Below are positions 13,424 to 30,267 of a stretch of DNA of 64,000 nucleotides, piece after piece. Numbering within the stretch: the first letter of the stretch is position 1; every line of letters starts with the position of its first letter. This stretch comes from the human T2T-CHM13v2.0 reference genome, Homo sapiens, in assembly GCF_009914755.1 (NCBI RefSeq), contig NC_060929.1, one strand, 5' to 3'. Made by a program: the position numbers and the translations under genes. Below the pieces are notes generated by a model. It made no database searches and was not told the DNA's origin. It worked only from the letters and a program-made list of their open reading frames with translations.

Positions 13424-13560
13424 AATGTAAATGACGAGTTGATGGGTGCAGCAAACCAACATGGGACATGTACACCTGTGTATCAAACCTGCACGTTGTG
13501 TACATGTACTCTAGAACTTAAAGTACAATTTAAAAAAAAAAAGAAAGAAAGAAAGAAAAA
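13424..13560 (+). mobile_element. Very short 5'-truncated L1PA (PA6/7-like) 3' end
   Basis: L1 3'UTR terminus plus A-rich tail; TSD aagaattgaat at 13416-13426 and 13561-13571. Confidence 0.92.
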
Positions 13561-14600
13561 AAGAATTGAATTAAAGCAAAGCCATTATTCATGAATTTCT
13601 GCAAGGACTATGAACTTTCTTGCAGGACTTACAACCCTGTGAGTTCAAACTTTGACAATTTCATTGGTAACCTTGTAAGAGCTGACAGTTTACATAACAG
13701 CTCAATCAATGCCAAAACTCCATGTTATATTTACATTTAGGTATATATAATTAATTGTCTTACTGTTGATCGTAGCTAGGCCTTAAACAACATCAGAGAT
13801 CTGTAATTAGTTCAGAAGAATTTGTAAGTGCTCATTTATTTTTATATTTATCTTTTAGTATGTGTAGATATATTACCTTATGTAGAAATTTAGTATATGT
13901 GGAGATGTAGAAGGACATTATTAAAAGTATCAATGCTCCCTTGTTTTTGTTTGTTTATTATCATTATTTTTAACTCTCCAAAAAGGTCCACATACAGAAC
14001 TTTTCTGCAAACCTAAATCTTCTCTTTCCTTGCACTGGTAGGGGCAATATCTAAGTTCTACTTTTCTTTTCATAACAAAAAATTATGACCCTACTTAAGA
14101 TGCTTGACTAAATTCATTCTTGTTTTTTGTCAGTGCAACGATGATCTAGTAAACAAACATGGACCTTTTAATCTGTTTTTCTCCAAGTTGTTTGAATTGA
14201 TGCATGAATGTCTTTGAATTACCTTAACAATAATTTAATAGTATGACATCCTTGATATTTTTCCTGATTATCCTACTAAAAGATGACATATGCCAACAGA
14301 ATGAACTGGCCTGCTTTAGGAACAAATATACCTGTATTCTTTTGAGATGAGAATTAGCATTCACCATCAATAGTAACTTCTTCTGGGACTAAGGAGATAG
14401 TCAATTGATTCAAATTAATTTATTTTACTTGTAACCACTTTAAATTATGTAATTACTTATTGATAAAATCATCTGTAGAAGTAATAGATTACAAATAATT
14501 TTTGGAAATGTGTTACAATTTATGATTTTTTCTTAATAATTATTGCAGTAACAGTAGATTACATCAGCTGTGTATCCAATACAAAAAAGTTCCCCTGCTC

Positions 14601-14878
14601 TACGCCTGTAATCCCAGCACTCTGGGAGGCTGAGGCGGGCTGATCATGAGGTCAGGAGCTCGTGACCATCCTGGCTAACACGGTGAAACCCCGTCTCTAC
14701 TAAAAATACAAATAAAATTAGCCGGGCGTGTTGGCAGGCGCCTGTAATCCCAGCTACTCGGGAGGCTGAGGCAGGTGTGAACCCGGGAGGCAGAGCTTGC
14801 AGTGAGCCGAGATCACGCCACTGCAATCAAGCCTGGGTGACAGAGCGAGACTCTGTCTCAAAAAAAAAAAAAAAAAAG
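14601..14878 (+). mobile_element. AluY, slightly 5'-truncated, small internal deletion
   Basis: catcctggctaacacggtg and gagcttgcagtg diagnostics; poly(A); decayed TSD aaaaaagttcccctgctc / aaaaaaggctcccccgctc. Confidence 0.93.
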
Positions 14879-15896
14879 GCTCCCCCGCTCACAGGATTGC
14901 TACAAATAAAACCATGTAAATGCAGTGAATTTCTGTCAGCTCAATCTTGGTAACTGAACAAAAAAGGGTGGTCAAAATCAGCTTTCTAAACATAGAAATG
15001 GAGACTCAATTTCACTTCATTTTTGTGACAGTTTCTTTTCTCCTCTCCCTAACATATCAAGAACAGGAAATTATTTTCACATTTAGTTTAATCAAATAAT
15101 TAATTATATCTAACTATGGATGCCTTTTAGATAAGTCCCCTAGAGATATTAAAAATGTCATAGTACACCAATATTTCTCACAGCTTATTCTGTTAGAGCT
15201 GTTATAACAAATGATTAAAAACTCACTCAATAGGAGTAATTTTAAACTATTGAATCATGGCTCACAAATGGGATATTGGCTGAAGACTCTCAGCAAAGTT
15301 AAAGCAAGTCAGATTCATTGTGGCCTCACTCAAGCTTAGCTGGTGTCATATTATAAATTTAAACCTTTCTTATCAGATATTCTTCTACAACACATTGAAA
15401 GCAATTCTGAGAAGATGAGAAATATGTGAACATCATACATAAGATAAAAATGTGCTGAGGCAGCAAGGTGAAGTTCTGATAAGCTATCAGCCTTTCAGTT
15501 TCACTACTTTTCTATGAAAAAGAGTGAATAGTTAATTCAAACTCTGTTTTCAAACAAAGTTACCAGAATATAAAATATTGGTTCACTCTGGATGATATGT
15601 AAAAGCCTTACTCGGCATTTTATTTCTTTACTTTCCTCTTTTCAATTCTAATAATATAAATTAAAGGCTTAAGTGTCTATAGTAAAAACAAAAACAAAAC
15701 TACATGATCTCCTGGGCCACCTGAAACTAAAGGACCCAGAGCACTAGGCTGAAAATATCCATAAGGATTTCTTTCAGCTTCTGGTTTTATTGTAGATTTA
15801 TAGGTTCCTTGGTCCTAGAAGAGATGCTCAAGCAGGAGACAGCATCATTAGCCTCTGCTCTTGTAATAGATTACAAATAATTAATTTTTGTGATTT

Positions 15897-15977
15897 GATG
15901 CTCTGAGGGTGAGTGGATGCCCTGAGGTTGGGAAAGTGAGTGAGTTTCAGTGAGTGGATGCTCTGAGGGTGGGAAAG
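15897..15977. repeat. Short imperfect local repeat gtgagtggatgcYctgaggKtgggaaag
   Basis: Copies at 15909-15936 and 15950-15977, partial copy at 15897. Confidence 0.8.
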
Positions 15978-17339
15978 AGAAGTGCAGGATGCTGATAGGG
16001 AGCTCTTTAATTCCTGAATCTTCTCCTCTTCATGGAAACTTGGAGAAGATCTAGAGTTGTCAACCCACAAAGAAGAAACCCAGTAAGGAAACACTTACTA
16101 TAATATTAAGTCAACCCCCTAAGCCTCAGGGCCATACACAAGAAACTGAACTGCGCCGTGTGGATAAGGTATGAGCCTTGGATGGAGGCAGGCTCAAGGA
16201 AGAGTGAGCTGGTTCCTTCACTCCTTTTGTAGACTGGGCACTGAGCTAGGGATCTTGCTGGCCACGCTGATGATGATGAAGGGCCTGTCTCAGGAAAGGA
16301 GCACAATCATCACACAGCCAGCATGAGGGCGGGAGAACAGTATTTGCCCCTCCCTATAAAAAAAAAAAAAAAAAAAAAAGCTTTTTGGACTATATTCCAG
16401 GAAAGCCGTTTTGTCTCTGTAGACTCAGGAAGGCCCCTTCAATTTGGGCATAATCGTGGAAAGGAAATAAATAAATATCGAATGCATTACAAAGCAAAGA
16501 GGAAAATGTAATTCTAAATGCCACCCTTTTAGAAGTTGGAGACCAAATTCCTATCAGTGTAACTTAAAAAACATGAACTCACTGAACAAAACCAAATTAT
16601 GTGTTCCAGGGAGCAATTATCTACGAGAAAGTAGGAGCGCCAATTTCTAATCAAACTTGGAATGAAGCTAAATGTGTAAAATCTCTTTTACACTTCTGCC
16701 TTTGCCAGAAAAATTTTGCTTAGACTGCCCTATTAATTTGGAGTTCCACCCCAAGATAGAGTCATCTGGGGTAAATAAATAAACTACGTATGCAGAATAA
16801 TGGTTAGAAACACTTCTCACTGATGATTCTGTTTCACTGCTGGGAGAGAAATTCTCTAATAAAAATGGAGTTAATGGGATACTCGGCTCACCTTGATGAT
16901 ATTAATTCTCTTGAATGAGCTGAGAGGAAGGCAGTTAACCAGCCATATTATCCCAATTTTACCTCGTCATTAATCCTCAATTGACTGTCCCAGCTCCAGC
17001 ATTCTTTACCCCATCCTGTTGCTTTATCTTCCCCAATTTTTTTGGACTGATACTGCCATGCATGGCGCTGAGTTCTCAGCTTGTGTATGAATGCAATATG
17101 AAACACAGCTGAATTGCATTTAAAAAATGAGCAGCTTATTAAATTGTGGATTAATTTTTTATAGTTATCATACAGTTTTTGGTCATTCCCTTTCCACTGT
17201 TTGTTCTCTGACCTCATCAGGTTTGATGTGAAGCCTCTATTTCAACAATTCCAGGCTCTAATCTCCACTCCCACAACTGCCTATCCTTGAAAACTGTGGA
17301 TGGCATTTATGTGATCCTAGGCTACTTTTTCCTACAGAT

Positions 17340-17490
17340 GCAAGGTCTGGACCAGTCACCAGCGGTGTGTCCTGGGACAAGATAGTAAACTAAACTTTCT
17401 TTCCCGAGGGGATGACATTTAATAGTTTCTGTTTCGTAATGCTGCTGAGACGATGAAATGAGTCAGGGTATGCAGACAGCTTACGCATAT
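17340..17490 (+). mobile_element. MIR fragment
   Basis: tcaccagcggtgtgtcctgggacaag...gctgctgagacgatgaaatgag. Confidence 0.55.
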
Positions 17491-19423
17491 ATCCTCTTAG
17501 TTGACAATCTTTAATTTTCCCCACCCCCATCTCACTAAATTTTGTTTCCACCTTTCCTGGACATAGTCAACTTCCTCATCCTTCAAGTTCATGTTCCATC
17601 TCTTTCTCTAAGCCTTTCTTTGAAAGTCCAGTACCAGGAAATGGCCTGTCATTTCCTTGAACTTCTGGGGGTTGGTGGCTCCTTGCTTGATACCAGATAC
17701 TATTCTTCCCTGGGTTGCTATTTCATTAAGTGGTAGATCTGAGTTATTTCCATGCTGGGATGGCTGTGGGCAAAGCCAAGCTCTATGGTGCTGCTTTTTA
17801 TCTGATGGAATAGGTGTTGGGCTTGCAATGCCTTTCCTTGCTTCTCTGTGGTTGCTTCATGGATTCTAAACACCATAGGATGAGAACATGTTTAGCCTTT
17901 CCTCAGTAAAAATCTATCTGAGGCAGACATCAGACATCCTTTTAGTCTCATAGGTGAACGTTGCTTAGAAGACAAAATGGGATATGATCTAGTAAATAAC
18001 TCATGCTTAGGCAATAATATCACGTTAAATTTTCAGAAAGGTCAGCAAAATAAACCTTGGTATAACCACTTCTGTGACTGGCAGAATAGAATTGCATTCT
18101 TATTGATGTGGAAGTTTTGACGAATCATATTGGATAATAGGTGACCTGTGTATTTTGTCACTTCTCATAACATTTTTTTCTTCTATTTAGAATCGCATCT
18201 TATTGTCATGTTTTATTTCCATGAATTCAGTGGAAGCCAGCGTTTAGAAATGAACTCAAAAATATAGAAATGTTTCCAAGTTTCAAAAATATTTTCCGTT
18301 CTCCACAAAGCGTGTGTATGCCAAGAATGCAGTCAGACAGTTGCTAAATTAGATCATAAAGAAATTAACTATATCTGAAATTCTCAGATAGATGGTTTAT
18401 CCAGTTATTAACAGTTTCTAAAGGCGAAATAATTATGATTGTCCAAAGTTCTTTAGTAATTTTTCTGCCACTCTGCAAAGGGCTTTACATAAACATTGTT
18501 CAACATTCAGAACACCGTAAGAGTTAGCAACACAGCCATCCCCTTTGAGGAAAGGCAGTGCTCAGGCTAAAGTGGTGGGCTGGTGTGGCTGATGTCAGTT
18601 GCATTTTTCGGTAGAGTGGTGGAAGGATCTGGGGAATATTTGGCTGTCTTCCTGACACATGTCTGGTCTTTAAAATCACATTATTTAAATCATTGTTTTC
18701 TGTGTTTATATAATTATGAACTTGAATATTATATGTGATGGCTTATGTAAGATCTTACACTAATATTACTTTTGGAAAATAGAAAAATATGATACTTAGT
18801 ATATGGATTTATTTTTTAAAATAAAATTGATCATTTCAGAAGACAAAAAGTTTACACTACTCTCATTAACCTCCCAATATAATACATTTAATTTCTGCAT
18901 ATTTCCCTCCATTTTGTTCATGTGTTCCTACACCCTATGTCAGTGTGGTAAAGTAAAAAGACCATTTTGCCTTCTCTTTCAATATGTATTAACCCATAAG
19001 ACTTATTGAATCCTTTCCACTTAATTAGATAGCGATTCTCAACTTGAGAAAGTAATTTTTCCTAGAACTTTCCCATTTCTTTTGCATTCTTTGCTAATCA
19101 GAAAAAGCACAATAATTGGCCATTTTCACAGAGGCTAGTGCTCTGCCACATTAAACAAAATACCTGAATATATTTGGATTTGTGTTTTCTCTGAAAGTTG
19201 TCAGGTAGAATGTATTGTATGAAGCTCTTTCAATCCCCCTTCTTCTGCCTGAAGTTTTAAACTCTTGAGATACCAGGAGGAGGGATGAGTCAAAAAGAGG
19301 AAAAGAAGACCCACATATAAGACAAAAGCCATCAAGAATCATGGAACCATGCTACCAGGTTCTGCTGTAAGAATAGTTCTGCCCAGAAGCAAGTGATTTG
19401 TTCCATAATATTTCTCTCAGATT

Positions 19424-21220
<1,797 letters not shown>

Positions 21221-21803
21221 TATTTCTCTCAGATTAATATTCAGTCATTATCAATCCAGGAGGTTGGAATGATCTAGTATTAACATAGTACTTATTACTG
21301 TAGAATTAAGGATGACACACTGCTTTGTTATTGAAGATATTCATATTATGAAGGTAAAATGCTTGTGAGGATCAGTTTAATAACCAATAACATTAATAAC
21401 TAATAAATTTAGTACTTAAACTGAATTATGTCATTTTCCTTAATTATACTATTACCACCTGAAAGAAAGAATCTGCAACTGGCTTCTTGTAACACTGGAA
21501 GCCTTGAGGCTTGACCTTTCATTTGTCCTTATTTGTGCAGTTTTCATGCATGGACTAGAAGCTCTTTTAGCTGATGTGGCAGTCTGTCTTCGTGTGGATT
21601 CCAGGGAATTCAACTGCAGTGTTGTGCTTTCACTAACGTGTGAGGTTGAACAGTTGATTTTTCTTATGCCATCATTTCTGTAACTCCATAGTTTATTTGC
21701 ATTTATTAGCATCTATTCTTTTTCATATTTTGTAGGACAACTTACATAGTTTAAAGTACTTTTCCTGATATTATTAAAGACTCACAATATTCTTTTAAAG
21801 TGC

Positions 21804-22130
21804 ATGACTTCATGTCCTTTGCAGGGATATGGATGGAGCTGGAAATCATCATTCTCAGCAAACTAACACAAGAACGGAAAACCAAACACCGCATGTTCTC
21901 TCTCATAAGTGGGAGCTGAACATGAAAATACATGGACACGGGGAGGGGAGCATCACACACCAGGGCCCGTTGGTGGGTAGGGAGCTAGGGGAGGGATAGC
22001 ATTAGGAGAAATACCTAATGTAGATGATGGGTTGATGGGTGCAGCAAACCACCATGGCACGTGTATATACCTATGTAACAAACCTGCACGTTCTGCACAT
22101 GTATCCCAGAACTTAAAGTATATTTAAAAA
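21804..22130 (+). mobile_element. L1PA7/8-like 3' fragment
   Basis: 3'UTR with gtagatgatgggttgatgggtgcagcaaaccacc; flanked by aaagtgca repeats (TSD-like). Confidence 0.92.
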
Positions 22131-22799
22131 GTGCAAAAGTGCATAACAAAGCATAGGCAATTTTCACTTTATGTGTTACTTGTTGAAACACAGGCTAATA
22201 GATAGTACAATCAAAAAAGAAGAAATGCTAAGACAAAAACACAAATTAGCAACTTGAACATGTTGGGCAACTTCCTGCGGCAAAGTAGCTCTGACGTCTC
22301 AGTCATGAGTGATGGTGGCAAAGGTCGGAAGACGGCAGACGGTACACTTCCACCAGGCCACAGGCTTGGCAAGGGCTCTGTAGCCCAGACTGAAGTCCCA
22401 CACAAGTATTCATGACCATCACATGCTGGACAGTGGGGAGATGTCTCCAGTTGTCCTTCCATAGTTTATAGAGGTTTACTCTAGAATAAACTGGCTCCTA
22501 CTCTCCTTGGTTCTGCCAGGAAGCAGAATTCCTCATTTGCAAAAATTCTTTATGTATAAACATTGTTTCCAGCTGAGAAACCTCAAAACTGTTCACTCTG
22601 ACAACCTTGCCCAAGGTACCTGCTGCCTTATTTTAGTCTTATCCGTATCAACCAGGTCTTTTCACGTTTGTCGTCCTGTTGTATCCGGACATCGCAAAGC
22701 TGACACCAGAAACTGCAGGTTCTTTCTTCTGAATTCTAATGGGTGGAATCAGCAAATGAAAGCAGCACTCGTCCTTTTTCTGGCTATATAGACTCTAAA

Positions 22800-23660
22800 T
22801 ATTTATCCAGTTGTTTATTTTTAGCTGTGTTTATGTTCATCTGTTGCTCAATTTTTTTTTAAATGTGGTTGAGTCCATCTGTGTTTTTCTTTAAGGCTTT
22901 TGACTTCTGATTAGAAATACGTTCCCTCATGTTCACTCCTATAAATATTCTTGAGTTTTGTTCTGGATGCAGTTAAATTACTTGCAAGCTATTTTTGATC
23001 ATTTTGATACATGCTTTTAGTATATGAAGGCAGGACAACAGCCGTATTTAGCCCAGGGCTAATAATTCCACATACAGAGGCAAGATCTTCCTGGGTACTC
23101 TATCCAATGACCTTGTGAGTTACGAAGTTTTCTGCTGTAGGTATTAGGAATGCACACTGCTCCCTCCCTAGTGTGAGGGCCAAGCACATTTTTCTCTAAT
23201 AATCTCATGTGATTCTTTTCTGGGCCTTGGATACCTCCTTCACATGTGTGTGCTAGTCGATTTCTGCTCAATACTGGAGGGTGATCATCTGAATAGCTCC
23301 AAGTTTCTCTCTCTCTCCCTTTATCTGGCTCTCTCCTCTTCAACATTCTGTCCTATGAACTCTAGTTGCCTTGGTCTCCCCAGATTTCCGGATCCATCTC
23401 CTGAACACAGCTAGTTAAGCTCCCCTTGGTTTCCAATCCTTGCATCATAGCCTGAAAATTCTCCCCAGATAGGAAGCTGGGGAAACCTCATTTTTCACCT
23501 CATTTGTTTTCTGTCTCTAATGGATCATATTCTTGGTTTCTCAATGTCTGTTTTGTATATTTTGTTTTTCCATATTTTGTCTAAATTTTTTGTCTGTTGC
23601 AAACAGGAAGGAGGATAAAGATACTGCTTTTTACTCTATCTTGTCCAGAAGAGGAATTCA
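22800..23660 (-). mobile_element. Ancient L1M (L1MC/MD-like) 5' region
   Basis: agggctaataattccacatacagaggcaaga..., ttttactctatcttgtccagaag motifs typical of old L1 5' ends. Confidence 0.6.
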
Positions 23661-24314
23661 AATTATCCTTTCCATTATGTGTTTAACATCAATTGTTATA
23701 GTTCAAGCACATCTTCCTTCCGTTTTGAAGGAAGATTCAACACCATTTGTTTTTCATAAGTTTTTTAAGAATCTGTACAAAAATCATGTTATATGTTTAT
23801 TGGCTAATTTATAGGAAAATTGCTTCTATAAAGTAGACCACTTTATGATACAGGGATAAGATTTGGGATTTTTGATTCATCTCTTGGGTATTTCCCTCAG
23901 TAGCACTTTAAAATTTTATCTCTATATTCTGTGTCTTGCAAAGCCTATTCCTAGATATTTTATCCTCTTTTGTTTATCTTAAAAATGGAATGTTATTTAT
24001 TAACTGTTATTCATATTTAGATAAGTTATTGATTCTTGCAAATTAATTTTGCATCCAGGTGGTGAGGTACCTTCTATTATTTATTTGAAATGATTCCAAT
24101 TGAATATTTTTATCTATCTATACAGTCTTGTCTCTCATACATATTCCCTCCCTCCTCAAATCATAATTTGTTTGTATTTTTTTCAATATGCATGTAGTAT
24201 AAGAAGTTTGGTGCCTGTGGCAGCCATTAGTTTTATAAGTTAAATGAGTTTTGGATCTTTCTCTTACCTTTGGCATGTGAATTAGAAAGCTGGGATTTGA
24301 GAAAATTTTATTGA

Positions 24315-24681
<367 letters not shown>

Positions 24682-25105
24682 TATAATTTCTTTTAAATTA
24701 ATTTAGATTGTTCAAGAGGGCAATTTCACATAGGTATTAAGATTTAGCATAGTGCTTTATCTTATAAATATTCAAAAATAGAAGTGTAACATAAGTAAGG
24801 TAAGTGGATTGTGTGTGTTAAGAATTTAAATTACATATAGATGAATTAAATATCTGGGTTTAGAGTAAATCATCTGCATTAGTAGAGCAAGTTTAAATAC
24901 ATGGCTTGGATAAATATTCAAATTCAAATATACATTACCTAAGGCTTAAAATTGAAAGAGAATGTAGCCAAAAGAAAACAAATGTGGTGAGTGTTATCAG
25001 GCTGAATATTTTCATTTGCTTTGATTAAATTTTTTATTAAACATGTTTTAATATTGTGGTATCTATTAACTAGGTTAATGCTAATGGTGGTAACCAATAC
25101 ACCTA

Positions 25106-25420
<315 letters not shown>

Positions 25421-25439
25421 AATTTATTCATGCTTTGCA

Positions 25440-25850
25440 AGGACAATCTGGATAACAGGGGCTACTGTAAGCATTTTGGGAATAAGTGTGTCCTACATGA
25501 TTTCTGAAGATGAAAGGAGCCGCCTGCACTCAGAGAAGCTGTCACTGGCATCTCAGTTGGTGAGGCACCAAATTGGGTGTTTCTCAGGCTCACAAGAAGC
25601 TTCAGAAGTTTTCAGGAATCTCTGAGAGGCTCGTATCAGCTGTCCCAGTCAGTGGTAGTGAGGTGGGGACTTCCCAGGAGCTCACTGGGAAGCCACAGTA
25701 AACCCGCATCTGGTCTGCCCTCAGCTGGCTCTGAGGTTAATGGTGTCTCTTCCTCTACCATCTTCCAAATTGTGTGCATATTCTCTTTGGTAAATTCTAA
25801 CCCGGAACCAGACAGGGAAAGGGATTCTTCATTTCAACACACAGAGGAGC
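25440..25850. mobile_element. Old ERVL-class LTR fragment (family uncertain)
   Basis: ttctaacccggaaccagacagggaaagggattct motif recalled from old ERVL LTRs. Confidence 0.4.
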
Positions 25851-26643
25851 TTGTAAAGGGATGGTGGTGGAAGTGATCTGATAACAGCCAAACATGCATA
25901 ATCACCAAATCCTGTGATGTGATGGGTCCTGGTGGCATGGTGCTTTATTGCCCATGGATGCAGAGGTCTGGGATTGTCCAGCCTGTAACTTCAACATCGC
26001 CTCAGGCCTGCACATGGCCAGTGGTGGTTGGAAGCCTGAAGAAGGTACATGTTCACTTCTTAACTGTCTTGGACTCAAAGTGGACAACATCGCTTCCACT
26101 GAGAGAAAGCAGTTGCAGGACCCACCCAGCACCATGAGGGGCTGCCTCCCAGGGACCATTAGTATTTCAAATGATGAAAGGAGGAAAAGTGATATGAATG
26201 AAAACTTTACTGAAATAATTTACCAAAAAACAATAAAATTGACCTTTACAATGGGAAAAATGCTAATTCCAGTATACAACATGAAATAACAGATTGTCAA
26301 CCCTGAATTATACTGTTGGCACCTTGACATTTCTTATTTATTAAATGATTGCTTTCAATACCTTTGAAACATGCTAGCATTTTTTTCTAGGACACAAATA
26401 CTAGTACTAAAATCATCCCTAATTACTGCATATAAGTATTGAAATAATGTTTTTCCTCTTCTCTGGTGACAGTCACACCAGTCCCTGTCCTAAAGGGAAT
26501 AATCACATTGCTGAGCACTTCCAGAAAAGCAACCTTAACTAAAAATTGATGAAGAATCTAATGTTTGCAGGTAAAATACATTTCTTACACAAACATAGCA
26601 ATCACACGTTATGCTTATTTGGAGTTTTATGAATATCTGTATT

Positions 26644-27042
26644 TGATATGGTTTAACTTTCCCACCCAAATCTCATATTGAATTGTAGCTTCCATAATCC
26701 CCACATGTCATGGGAGGGACCTAGAAGGAGGTAACTGAATCATGGGGGCAGGTTTTTACCATGCTGTTCTCATGATACTGAATAAGTCTCAGGAAATCTG
26801 ATGGCTTATAAAGGACAGTTGCTTTGCACAGGCTCTCTTGCCTGCCGCCACGTAATATGTGCCTTTGCTCTTCTTTTGCCTTCTGCCATGTAATATGTGC
26901 CTTTGCTCTTCTTTTGCCTTCTGCCATGATTGCGAGGTCTCCCCAGCCATGTGGAACTGTGAGTCCATTAAATCTCTTTTTCTACATAAATTTATCAGTC
27001 TTGGGTATGTCTTTATTAGCAGCCTGAGAGCAGACCAATACA
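26644..27042 (+). mobile_element. THE1 (B/C/D) solo LTR with internal 38-bp tandem duplication
   Basis: tgatatggttt...cccacccaaatctcat start, ...aataca end; duplicated unit at 26852-26889 and 26890-26927. Confidence 0.93.
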
Positions 27043-30000
27043 ACATCCTAAAACCTTATTTTAGCTAGAAAATAGTCTTGTTTTGCACTTACTATTGTGA
27101 AAAAAGAATAGAGGTTACCTGAACTTCCACTCAGAACTTTTAGCAAGCAATGAGAAAGTAAACCGTATTTTTCTGTAACATCTTCTGTTAACTTTAGTGT
27201 GAAACGAGATTTGAAAGAATTACTTAATCTAGGAACACATTATACTTTTTCTTCACCTACACAAGTTTCATTGAACAGCCTCTGAATGAATGAGCTAAAT
27301 AAATGATTGACTTATGTAATGTGTTTATTTCTCTGTCTGTATACCAGGCTCTCAAAATCAGATGTTTTTTATTGTTTGCCTAACAATATCTGCCACATTA
27401 ACTTTTGTGAAGGAACAAAAGTGGAAATTACTGTCAAATGTGCCTGATCACCTCTTTTCTTTTCTACTGAAATGGTAATATTTCTCTGTGCAGAAATGAT
27501 CTCTATGCATTCACAGCACACAATTTTACTTCCCTTCCTTTATTATGGTATTGAAATTCTAATGAAATTTACAGCATTAATGTCCAATCACTTACCCTAT
27601 ATCTGGTTTGCAATGTTACATACATTTTTCTCTGTAGAAAAACAAGAAGTTACTGAGACAGACACACTGTTTCCCCAAAGAGGCATTACTATTTAAAGGC
27701 ATGGAAAGAGTTTGTCCCTGGGTCATCTGAGTTATTACTTAAGTAGATGCAACTATCAGTAACTGCCTGAAATACAAGCTTCTTCAGTGATTATCTTCAA
27801 TTTGTTTAAAATTTGAGACCAATTAACAGAAACAGTGCATAATGCTAAACAGTAATTACAGCTCTGACAAAGATATTTTACAGATCATATATTTCCAAGC
27901 AACTTGATTGTTCTAAAATAAGCTTAGCACAAAAGGTCTCACTTTATAGATGCATTATCTAAAAGTTTTAGGCAAAGTGGATTTAAAAGTGAATTAAGTC
28001 TCAAGATAATAAAAAACACATTTCCATATAATCTCAAATTTAGAGTAGTATTATCATTTATATTTTTGCAAAGCACCTTTTCATATATGGGTTTATCAAG
28101 CAGTTACTTGCAAAGTAAAATTCACAATGCTGAATGGAATTGGCACTCACAGACTTCGCGAATAGTCATGTCAAGGCCCATTATAGCGCTGAGTTTTTTG
28201 TGAATTTGGGAAGCAATGAATTTTGTTTTGTTTTTGTTGTTTGTTTATTTTTTGTTATCTTATGTATTTGTGAAGGAAACCAGAATGAAAGACAATAATA
28301 GAAATAAAGTAGACTTCCTCAAAAAAGGAATATGTATGTGTCCCAGTCTTGAGAGCAGGTCTGTTCTGCGTTTCTCCAAGGTGGAGTAGATTCTCCAGTG
28401 TGCTTTCCATGGTGGCAGAAAACCTCAGAGGCAGCTTCTTGGGGAAGGCTGTAACGTGTTTGGGGTCACTGCAGCTGGGCCACATTAGCTTTTACAGTCT
28501 TAAAGCAGTGCTACATTAGGCTATTAAACAAATGTTGCATTAAAAAATCAGCAAGACATGTTGGTAAATCAAAAATATAATTGAATGGGCTCAATGTTGT
28601 ATAATTGAATGGTCTCAATATTTAGAAATTGTTCTAAAATCAATTTTTTGTCACTGGCACATATATTAATTTGGCTCTAGGCCTCCATAACAATAGAAAA
28701 AGTAAAATTTCCTGGGAAAATGCACAGTAATACTTAAGTCTTCATTTTAATACAACACTAAATTGTAAAAAGTAAATTATATATTAATAAAGAAAATGTA
28801 AATATGATTGAGAATATTGTAATATTACTGCACCTAAGTAAGCCTAGAAAATTGGCATATGTCCAGCAAAGAATGTAACTTACATTTATGTAATTATGTA
28901 AAATCATATAGAAAATAAAAATATTCTCTATTTTTTCTAAATGAAAATTGATGGGTTTATATCCCAAATTATTGGCCTATATTTTACCTACACTTTATCA
29001 TATTTAACCCATTATTGAAAATTATGCTTCACTCTGTTATTAGACTAAAAAATGATATGTCAGCTTTCTATTCTTTGGCAGATTTTTGTATTAATGAAAT
29101 AATGGCTTAGTATTGATTATTGCTTTGCATTTCCCATATTAATAACACAAACTAGCAAAGTTGCTTACTTCAAGCCAATTGATTCAAGTGATTGAACATC
29201 TACAGAAAGATGCAAACAGGTATGCAGTTTAGATTTTAAGTACCCTGTCAGAATCAATACCAATGATATCTATGGTCTGTGTGAAATCATTATAAACTAA
29301 AATTGGAAAAAAAAAAAAGATTTCCAAATGACTGAGCTATTGCTTAATATTTCCCTATGTGTACATTTTATTTTTTGATGTATGTTTTGTCAGTTCCTCA
29401 ATGTATTTATATATAAACACTTTCTTTTTTATGAATTAAATTAAATATCAAACTCTTTGAGAACACTACGCAGCATTAGTGCATTTCATCATAAGAATTC
29501 CACCTCCAGGAGCAATGGAGATTTCAAATGCCATGAATTGTTTTAGTAGAATTTTGCTTAAAATTATTATTTTGTATTTATAGTGATAAGAATCTATCTT
29601 TAAAAGAATCAAGTTGTTTTAAATTTCATATTTTTGCATTTTACATATTACTTATTTTATATGGTTTGGTTAGTAACAAAGTCATATACCCATGTATGTA
29701 AATATGTATTTCTTATATACAAAGAAGAGACCTTACATTGACTTTGAACTGAGACACATCTTCAGAAGTTATGCCACTAGTAAAGACAAAATACATGGGA
29801 AGAAAGAAGGGGAACATAAAGGGAAACAAAACAGAGAGGAAAAAAGGTAAGAGATGTGGGGGCATTAGTTTTGATTTTTAATCATTTGGATAATAAGCAT
29901 CATTTCTTATGAGTACTCTCTCTGTGATAGATCTCTGACACAGCTACTCTCTTCAGCACCCATGGAGGAGCTCAGGCAGCTAGTTCACCCACTCCTCACC

Positions 30001-30267
30001 CCCTGTCTAACCTCTCTAAATAGTCCCACGCATGTTTGTGTGGTAGGGACATAATCTTGGCACTATAAAAATTGTCAATCCATCGTTTCTGGCTTCCATC
30101 ATTTCTGCTGAGAAGTTACTGCCAGTCTTAAGGTTTTAGGTTTTTCATTTGGAAATCATGTGTCTCTTATTCTCTGGTTACTTTGGAGATGTCTACTTGT
30201 CTTTTATTTTGAATGTTTTACTACAATTTTATGTGTGTGTGTGTCCCAGCTACAGTGATCCCAAACA

